Assembly: GCA_045047305.1 (NCBI GenBank)
Contig: JASFYO010000069.1
Span: 1-12,565 of the forward strand
Direction of reading: 5' to 3'
DNA length: 12,565 nt
Origin: Planctomycetota bacterium
GTDB lineage: Bacteria > Planctomycetota > UBA1135
Part shown: piece after piece, positions 7,076 through 12,565 of the stretch
Layout of the letters: the number at the start of each line of letters is the position of its first letter
How positions within the stretch are numbered: the first letter of the stretch is position 1
Position numbers and translations under genes: made by a program
Notes under the pieces: model-generated
What the model was told of the DNA's origin: nothing
What the model saw: only the letters and a program-made list of their open reading frames with translations
The model's database searches: none

Positions 7076-8800
7076 TTAGTAGTTTCGCAGGGCCGTTAAA
7101 AGACGCCCTTCCTGACGGAAGTCCATACCAGCCAACATACTAGAGATGGTGGCTCCATCGTGGGCATCGCCAAGGAAACCCAACCCTAGTACCAGGTGTG
7201 CGGTCTGGGCCTCGTGCTTGCTGCGATTGAGTTCGGCACGAAGTTGCTCTGACAGACGCCGCAAGGCTGCACTCGAACGCGAGGTTGCAAGTCCACGAGC
7301 TGCGGTCCAACGTACGCTATCGTCGGTGTCGGTAATCAACATGTTGACCAAGGCCACGCTGGTGCGTTCCGAATTACTCAACCCTAAACCTGCGGCGATG
7401 CCGCGTCGGGTTTGCACGAAGGAGGAATGCTCTTTCGCCAACTCAAGTAGCAGTTCATCGGCAGGGTGCGTCGCCAACATGCCTAAGCCCATCGCCAAGT
7501 AGCCGCGGAAGGAAGGGTCGACGCCCTTGGCCTCCAGGCAAATTGCGAGTTGAGTTTTGGCTCCGGGTGCACCGTAAAGGCCTAAGCCCATTGCAGCTGC
7601 ACCACGCAAGATTTCTTCATCCCGACGTGGAGCATCATCTTCATCATGCTCGCGAGCATCGGTCCCGTACAGCAACATCGAAACTAGTTGCGGGTAGGAA
7701 CCATCCACACGACTCATGCCAACGGCCAAAGCCCATGCAGAATGAATGGTGGCCTCTTCCTTTTGCTCAGGGCGCAACTCCTTCAACTTCATGCCTGCTT
7801 GACGTCCGCCCAAACGACCAATGGCGAGGAGGCACAAAGAACGCAACCGCACATCATGCGATTCCTGGTAAATCTTGGCCAGGCTACCCACGGCAGCGCG
7901 GTCCCCAAGACGTCCAAGTGCTTGTGCGGCAGCTTCTGGAACACTGCTGGATTTGGAATTCAGTAACCCTTCCAACATCGGACGGGCGCGTGAATCACCT
8001 AAGGCACCTAATCCTTGAATCGCAGCCGAGACCAAACGATCACTGCCGCGCTTCACCGAAGTGGCTTCCAACATGTTCATCAACAGAGGAGTGAAGTCTT
8101 TGGAGCCATGCACCCCTGCAGCAACCAAGGCTGCCAAAGCGAGGTCCTCATTCTTTTTCCAACTCCCATCGTAGTAAACGGAATTTAGGTATCCCTTCAA
8201 CGCAGATCCAGCTTCGACACGACCGGAAAGCCCAAGACCAAGTGCAGCAAAAGCGCGAATGGAAGAATCAGTCTCTTCCTCAAAGGTCTTGACCAAGAAG
8301 TCAACGCCCTGCTCCGAGGACAGAAGCCCGAGCCCCATGTATGCCGCTTGGCGTACCGACTCCACGCGGTCGCGAGTCGCGCGCTGTAGGAAAAAATCTG
8401 CAGAGGTGTAGCCAATGCGTCCGAGGGAAAGAGCTGCGGCCTCACGAATCGCCGGGATGTCGGAATCGAGTGCATCAATGAGGAGAGGAATAGAGGTCAG
8501 GATGAGATCCTGGCGGTTCATGGACCAGTCCTCCACTCCGTAGCTGCCCTTATCGTTCACCGCTCGTGCAGGGAAATCAGGCTCGCCGCGAAAGAGAACA
8601 TCACGTTCATTTTCGAACCAGAACTCCCAGCGGTCCCAGCCACCTGTGAATGGGTTTAGTAACTGTCCTTGAGCAACGGATCCACCATGGGAAACGAACT
8701 GCAGGAGAGTCTCGTCTTCAGGGCCTCGATAGGCACCTGGAACGGATGACGGCTCTTGAAGAGCCGCAAGGAGAAGTATTGCGGTGAAGGAGAAAAGCAT
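7076..8800 (-). CDS. Secreted HEAT/PBS-lyase repeat protein
   Basis: Many repeats such as IREAAALSLGRIG, VRQAAYMGLGLL, IRAFAALGLGLSG, AAAQALGRLGD and VRWTAARGLA. Signal-like MLFSFTAILLLAALQ. Start moved to ATG 8800 because the track start (8884) lies in the terminator loop. Confidence 0.88.
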   Translation of the reverse strand: MLFSFTAILLLAALQEPSSVPGAYRGPEDETLLQFVSHGGSVAQGQLLNPFTGGWDRWEFWFENERDVLFRGEPDFPARAVNDKGSYGVEDWSMNRQDLILTSIPLLIDALDSDIPAIREAAALSLGRIGYTSADFFLQRATRDRVESVRQAAYMGLGLLSSEQGVDFLVKTFEEETDSSIRAFAALGLGLSGRVEAGSALKGYLNSVYYDGSWKKNEDLALAALVAAGVHGSKDFTPLLMNMLEATSVKRGSDRLVSAAIQGLGALGDSRARPMLEGLLNSKSSSVPEAAAQALGRLGDRAAVGSLAKIYQESHDVRLRSLCLLAIGRLGGRQAGMKLKELRPEQKEEATIHSAWALAVGMSRVDGSYPQLVSMLLYGTDAREHDEDDAPRRDEEILRGAAAMGLGLYGAPGAKTQLAICLEAKGVDPSFRGYLAMGLGMLATHPADELLLELAKEHSSFVQTRRGIAAGLGLSNSERTSVALVNMLITDTDDSVRWTAARGLATSRSSAALRRLSEQLRAELNRSKHEAQTAHLVLGLGFLGDAHDGATISSMLAGMDFRQEGRLLTALRNY

Positions 8801-8869
8801 GATGAGCCGGGATCGGGGTTTGGGTGACCCATTTGCGGCTCGATTTGCAGATACCTGACCATATAAATG

Positions 8870-8891
8870 AAAAAACCGCCTCATGGGCGGT
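8870..8891 (-). terminator. Rho-independent terminator of the ECF sigma operon
   Basis: Minus strand ACCGCC-CATGA-GGCGGT followed by TTTTT, 21 nt after the stop at 8913. Confidence 0.8.
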
Positions 8892-8912
8892 CATGGCTAT
8901 TGGCTGAGGCCC

Positions 8913-9965
8913 TTATTGTGCCGAGAGGGAGCCAAACACCGTTTCAATCTCATCCATTTCCAGCAAACTTGCGACGTAAAGCTTCTGCTTCCCAAAGAGC
9001 CCTTCCGCCACCCGGATTCCGCCCAAATCGGATTCATACACCTCAACCACCTTGTTGGCTAGGCTCAAGCCAATTTGTCCTCGGTTGTCCTGAGTGTGCT
9101 GTGCAACAAACACCAGGTGGATTCCATCCGAGAAAATCTTCACCAACATGTTGGATGTGCTTTGGAATGCAGCTCCAGCAGAGAAACGTAACCACGCTGC
9201 CTCTGGGTAAAACCCAGGAGGAAGGTACTCCGGCTCCATTGGGGTAAAGCCAAGTAAACCAAGATCATTGGACATGTCGAAGGCCTGATCCGAAACCAGC
9301 GGTACCGACCAAACCACCCCACCCAAGTTCGGATTGAGATTCATGGAAGTGGTTTCCATTCGCATAAGGACTTGACCAATATTGTCAAAGTAAGTCCATC
9401 CCAACAACAAGCCTGTCTGAGAATCGGCAAGGAACTCGACATCGCCTAGCTCGTGTTTGGACTCTGCCGTGTATTTCGTACAGCTTACGCCAGCGACTTG
9501 CACTGGAACTGGGTCTGCCGACCAACGGAAATTGCGCAACAAACCGACCCGTTCTCCAAGATGTGGGTCACGGTACTTCACCATGAAACGCATTTGATTT
9601 AGATAGTTCATTTGCAGCATGCTCGGCGCGGGCACAAATGCTTGCGCTTGATTCGGCGCATAGCCAATTGCATCGAGCCGCGTCTGTCCGAGGCCATCGG
9701 CCAGGAACGTTTCTTGCACTCGCTCCAAATCCCCAGACGCATTACGCACATGGAAAATACGATCCAACGAAATCGCTTGTCCCTCGGGGTAAACGAAACT
9801 CGGAATCTCAATTAGATTGGGACTGGTTTGGTCCAGAGCCGTAGAACCAGCAGAGCCGCTAGTGAGCGCCTGATTCCCGCTTGGTGCAGAAATCGAACCA
9901 CTTGGGCCACAGGCCGCTAAAAGAAGGCTCGATGCAACGAGAAGGAAGGGGGGAATCGCGCGCAT
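8913..9965 (-). CDS. MucB/RseB-like sigma-factor regulatory protein, lipoprotein
   Basis: Lipobox LAA-C (Cys19). LolA/RseB N-domain-like QVAGVSC...FLADSQTGLLLGWTYFDNIGQVL and RseB C-domain-like PEYLPPGF...IFSDGIHLVFVAQ. Third gene after sigma and anti-sigma, with TAATG coupling and a GGAGG SD. Confidence 0.8.
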   Translation of the reverse strand: MRAIPPFLLVASSLLLAACGPSGSISAPSGNQALTSGSAGSTALDQTSPNLIEIPSFVYPEGQAISLDRIFHVRNASGDLERVQETFLADGLGQTRLDAIGYAPNQAQAFVPAPSMLQMNYLNQMRFMVKYRDPHLGERVGLLRNFRWSADPVPVQVAGVSCTKYTAESKHELGDVEFLADSQTGLLLGWTYFDNIGQVLMRMETTSMNLNPNLGGVVWSVPLVSDQAFDMSNDLGLLGFTPMEPEYLPPGFYPEAAWLRFSAGAAFQSTSNMLVKIFSDGIHLVFVAQHTQDNRGQIGLSLANKVVEVYESDLGGIRVAEGLFGKQKLYVASLLEMDEIETVFGSLSAQ

Positions 9966-10498
9966 TATGCGTCGTCCTCCACCATAAGGCCGCCCATGGA
10001 TCCAGCCAATCCTTTCGAGAAGGATGACATTTGTTCCGCGCTCACCCGCTTAAAGCTCACCCTAGCCCGGAAAGAAGCACGCTGAGCCTCACCGATCGGC
10101 TGCGCTAGGACCACCAGATTGGCGGTGGCTGGTGGTTGCGAGCTCCAAGGCCCAAAAAGACTAAGTCCGCTGAAAACCAGCAGAGCTGCTGCCGCTGCAA
10201 TAGATTTGCGACCGAAGTAGCCGCGTAACACGCGCTTTTCCACCACGACAGCGGATGGCCGGAGCTCTGCTTGGACCTGAGACCACAGTTCTGCCGGAGC
10301 TAAGGTTCCACCAAGGGCTTCCAAGCTGCGCTGATCTTGTACTCGTTGCCACAGCTCATTCGGAGCCCGTACACCACCCAACGCGCGCAAATCTTGAGCG
10401 ATTTGCTGCGGAAGCTCGGGTTGGTGGGAGTTCTGAGGCAAGAGAGAATCAGGGAGTAAGTTCTGAGGGATCGAATCCGCGATGCTGAAGGAATTCAC
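9965..10498 (-). CDS. Putative single-pass membrane anti-sigma factor (RseA position)
   Basis: Directly downstream of the ECF sigma. Cytoplasmic APxELWxxV motifs, a basic patch, then one TM helix (IAAAAALLVFSGLSLFG) and a short external tail. Start uncertain: GTG 10498 (50-nt overlap) or TTG 10441. Confidence 0.72.
   Translation of the reverse strand: MNSFSIADSIPQNLLPDSLLPQNSHQPELPQQIAQDLRALGGVRAPNELWQRVQDQRSLEALGGTLAPAELWSQVQAELRPSAVVVEKRVLRGYFGRKSIAAAAALLVFSGLSLFGPWSSQPPATANLVVLAQPIGEAQRASFRARVSFKRVSAEQMSSFSKGLAGSMGGLMVEDDA
10259..10390 (-). repeat. Two tandem 22-codon (66-bp) units within the anti-sigma gene
   Basis: LRALGGVRAPNELWQRVQDQRS / LEALGGTLAPAELWSQVQAELR (residues 37-58 and 59-80 of the track ORF). 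Confidence 0.85.
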
Positions 10499-11063
10499 GC
10501 AAGGCAGTATGGGCGCGGTTAAGGCGAGACTTCACGGTGCCAAGACTGCATTCTTGAACCTCTGAGATTTCGTCGTAGCTCATGCCTTCGATATAACGAA
10601 GGACAAGCAGTGCGGCGAATCTAGGATTCATGCGAGCGAGGGCGTCTTGAATGAGAATTTGATTCTCACTGCGGCTGACCTCTTGCACTGGATCGGCGTG
10701 GGATTCTTCGGCAGCCACCTGCTGGAGCTGACGCTCCCCTTCGGCATTGCCGACGGTGGTCTGCACTCCAGCACGTGGAGCATCCAGACGTTTTCTTCGG
10801 GTATCAATCGCGGCATTGACTGCGATGCGATAAACCCAGGAAGAGAAACGGCTGCGAAACGCAAAATCCTTGATTCTGCGTGCAAGGGTCACCATGGTTT
10901 CCTGTGCAGCATCGAGGGCATCCTCTTGGTTGCCGGTGACGCGTAAACAGATGGTGAAGACTCGGTCTTGGTAAAGAACAAAAAGCTCTCGGTACGCCTC
11001 TTCAAATTCCTGCTCATTCGCAGCCTGGCAAGCCTCGACGAGCGCTTGGTCAGGATCTGACAA
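10449..11063 (-). CDS. ECF (group IV) RNA polymerase sigma-70 factor, RpoE/SigW-like
   Basis: Region 2: EDALDAAQET and FSSWVYRIAVNAAID. Region 4: LRYIEGMSYDEISEVQECSLGTVKSRLNRA. 204 aa, TTG start. Confidence 0.95.
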   Translation of the reverse strand: MSDPDQALVEACQAANEQEFEEAYRELFVLYQDRVFTICLRVTGNQEDALDAAQETMVTLARRIKDFAFRSRFSSWVYRIAVNAAIDTRRKRLDAPRAGVQTTVGNAEGERQLQQVAAEESHADPVQEVSRSENQILIQDALARMNPRFAALLVLRYIEGMSYDEISEVQECSLGTVKSRLNRAHTALREFLQHRGFDPSELTP

Positions 11064-11079
11064 GGTGCGGTACCAAGGT

Positions 11080-11108
11080 TATGACCGAATGACTAGGAAT
11101 CTGGTTCC
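11080..11108 (-). promoter_or_regulatory. Probable autoregulatory ECF (sigmaE-type) promoter
   Basis: Minus strand GGAACC-N17-GTCATA, ending 16 nt upstream of the sigma start codon. Resembles the sigmaE GGAACTT...GTCAAA consensus. Confidence 0.7.
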
Positions 11109-11199
11109 GTAAAACACAGGGATTCCAGAGGTTCTTTTGTTGCGGCGACTTTTCAAGTTTTTCGCCTAAACCCTTATAAATGAATGGCTTAGTTCCGAC

Positions 11200-11232
11200 A
11201 AGAAAAAATCGAGGCAAATAAAGCCTCGATTT
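11200..11232 (-). terminator. Rho-independent terminator after the TSP3-like gene
   Basis: Minus strand AAATCGAGGC-TTTATTT-GCCTCGATTT followed by TTTCTT. Perfect 10-bp stem, 22 nt after the stop at 11255. Confidence 0.82.
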
Positions 11233-11254
11233 CGTGATAGAATCTCGATCCAAC

Positions 11255-12148
11255 TCAGTTGGCCAAAAGCCCAATGACGTCGATTCCGACTACCGAATCC
11301 CCAACCGCAGCAGAGCAGCTCGAGAAGCAAATTCCACTGGGCATCGTGCCACAGTAGCTATCTGAGACCTGGTAAAGGACCTGACCGCCACCTAAGGAAC
11401 CGACTTGGGTCAAGGACTGGATGCAGACCTCTCCAGCGCGTGCCTCATCTGGGACCTGCCCACCAGGATCGGTAGGGAACAACCCCCCACCCAATAGTGG
11501 AGTTGGGCCAGGAGAATCGCCGCGCCACTCCATCAGGATGCCCTCGTAAACGGTAAACCGAACTTGATCAGCGTAGGCGAGGCCATCGATTAGCCCCTTC
11601 ACTGCAATCGCCATGGTTGGCTGGTTTAAGAATGCCGAAGCTGGCAACTTAAGACGGTAGATCTCCATTTCTACGCCTGACGAAGTCACGCTATAGGTGG
11701 TATGACTACTTGGAAGCTGAGCCAAGGCGCTCATACGAATCCGATGGAAATTGTTCGGAACAGCCCGGAAAAGCTGAAGGGTATTCATGCTGCTCTGGCG
11801 CAACGAAGAAATCTGCAGCACCAAGTCAGGGCCGGAAGAATATGCGTGAATCCGGAGAGTTGGAAGAACCGGCGGTAGCGTGGAAACGTCGTCGAAAACC
11901 AGAGGGTCGGTCCCTCTCAGGAGCTCCTCCATATCACCGAGGGTGTCGCCATCCGAATCCACCGTGGTGCTAGAAGTACCGAAACTGTCTTCGAGCACGT
12001 CATCCATGCCGTCGCCGTCGGTGTCGACCATCACTGGAGCAGAAAGCGAAGATGCCTCCAATTGAGACTCTGCACCTCCATCCACAGCCCAGGCCAAAAG
12101 GCCCAGAAGGGTCGCGGGAACTATGATCGTTGGAAGAGGGGACTTCAT
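11255..12148 (-). CDS. Secreted protein with two DxDxDG (bacterial thrombospondin type-3-like) calcium-binding repeats and a Cys-containing C-terminal domain
   Basis: Hydrophobic N-terminal signal. VDTDGDGMDDVLEDSFGTSS and VDSDGDTLGDMEELLRGTDP are spaced 22 aa apart. Cys242, 266, 274 and 278. Confidence 0.8.
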   Translation of the reverse strand: MKSPLPTIIVPATLLGLLAWAVDGGAESQLEASSLSAPVMVDTDGDGMDDVLEDSFGTSSTTVDSDGDTLGDMEELLRGTDPLVFDDVSTLPPVLPTLRIHAYSSGPDLVLQISSLRQSSMNTLQLFRAVPNNFHRIRMSALAQLPSSHTTYSVTSSGVEMEIYRLKLPASAFLNQPTMAIAVKGLIDGLAYADQVRFTVYEGILMEWRGDSPGPTPLLGGGLFPTDPGGQVPDEARAGEVCIQSLTQVGSLGGGQVLYQVSDSYCGTMPSGICFSSCSAAVGDSVVGIDVIGLLAN

Positions 12149-12426
12149 GAGGTCGTCACGGGTAGAGCTAACTCGGCATTCAGAGTACCAAGCCCTCCTA
12201 ATCCAAGCGTGGGATTCTGAAGGAATTGCCTGATTGCTCTAGATAGGGCCTTAGGGCCCGTTACCCATTATCGGAGATAGATTCCAGTTCCTTAGGAAGT
12301 TGGGAATGTGGGACTAGGCCCCTTCACCAGCCCCAAAGGTTGTGTTTGGGCCTGAGGTGTGGTTTTAAGGACGGGACTCTGGGCGGATGGCCATGGGCCG
12401 GCTATCCTGTTGCGCCGTATAGGAAT

Positions 12427-12503
12427 GCACCCGTAGCTCAGCTGGATAGAGTGTTGGTTTCCGAAACCAAAGGTCGCAGGTTCGAGTCCTGCCGGGTGCG
12501 CCA
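12427..12503 (+). tRNA. tRNA-Arg (anticodon CCG)
   Basis: 77 nt. Acceptor GCACCCG/CGGGTGC, D-arm GCTC..GAGT, anticodon arm TTGGT-TTCCGAA-ACCAA, T-arm GCAGG-TTCGAGT-CCTGC, encoded CCA. Confidence 0.97.
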
Positions 12504-12510
12504 CTCCCTT

Positions 12511-12534
12511 TGCTTTTCTCGCAAGCGAGAAGCA
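12511..12534 (+). terminator. Hairpin downstream of the tRNA (possible terminator or processing stem)
   Basis: TGC(TT)TTCTCG-CAAG-CGAGAAGCA, with no U-tract after it on the + strand. Confidence 0.35.
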
Positions 12535-12565
12535 CGCTCGCCGGGCACCCACCCGGACTCTGGTG

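Noticed and set aside
8801..8884. N-terminal extension of the HEAT ORF
   Set aside because: The track ATG sits in the loop of the upstream terminator, and the signal peptide begins at 8800.
12175..12246. SAM-I riboswitch-like words on the minus strand (CTATCTAGAG, GGAGGGCTTGG, GCAATTCC)
   Set aside because: Order and spacing do not fit the SAM-I architecture, there is no GCAACC/GGTGC P3 helix or closing GAT of P1, and the downstream gene is unrelated to sulfur metabolism.
12459..12465. tRNA-Arg(CCG) anticodon loop with U32 and A37 instead of E. coli-type C32/G37
   Set aside because: To my knowledge this variant occurs in many bacteria, so it is not evidence of recoding.
12292..12552. 86-aa minus-strand ORF
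   Set aside because: Antisense translation of the tRNA ([23 protein letters not shown] is a typical tRNA shadow).
12374..12563. 9-bp direct repeat GGACTCTGG flanking the tRNA (12374-12382 and 12555-12563), as a possible target-site duplication or att site
   Set aside because: Short, not a copy of the tRNA 3' end, and no integrase or transposase in the window; compatible with chance.
1..12565. CRISPR array, mobile element, prophage or defence system
   Set aside because: No regularly spaced repeats and no transposase, integrase, nuclease, RT or phage-like genes; MoxR, TPR and HEAT genes here sit in a housekeeping context.

Overview
Bacterial chromosomal housekeeping and envelope region of moderately high GC. 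Long HEAT/TPR secreted proteins and mostly SD-less starts suggest a Planctomycetota-like organism, but this is a weak inference. From left to right: (-) a truncated membrane-protein gene missing from the ORF track, an MscS-family channel and a TPR lipoprotein; (+) a tightly coupled operon of HAD hydrolase, MoxR AAA+ ATPase, stand-alone nitrilase-fold glutaminase and NadE (a split glutamine-dependent NAD synthetase), then a degenerate SatD-like HTH protein; (-) a small helical protein, a secreted HEAT-repeat protein, an ECF sigma / membrane anti-sigma / MucB-RseB-like lipoprotein module with a probable autoregulated promoter and terminator, and a secreted DxDxDG (TSP3-like) Ca-binding protein with a highly structured upstream region; (+) tRNA-Arg(CCG). 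I found no mobile element, CRISPR array or defence system. The most interesting items are the atypical sigmaE-like module (lipid-anchored RseB, anti-sigma with a duplicated 22-aa helix motif), the split NAD synthetase coupled to a MoxR with no adjacent VWA gene, and a ~110-nt candidate structured RNA at 12155-12264.
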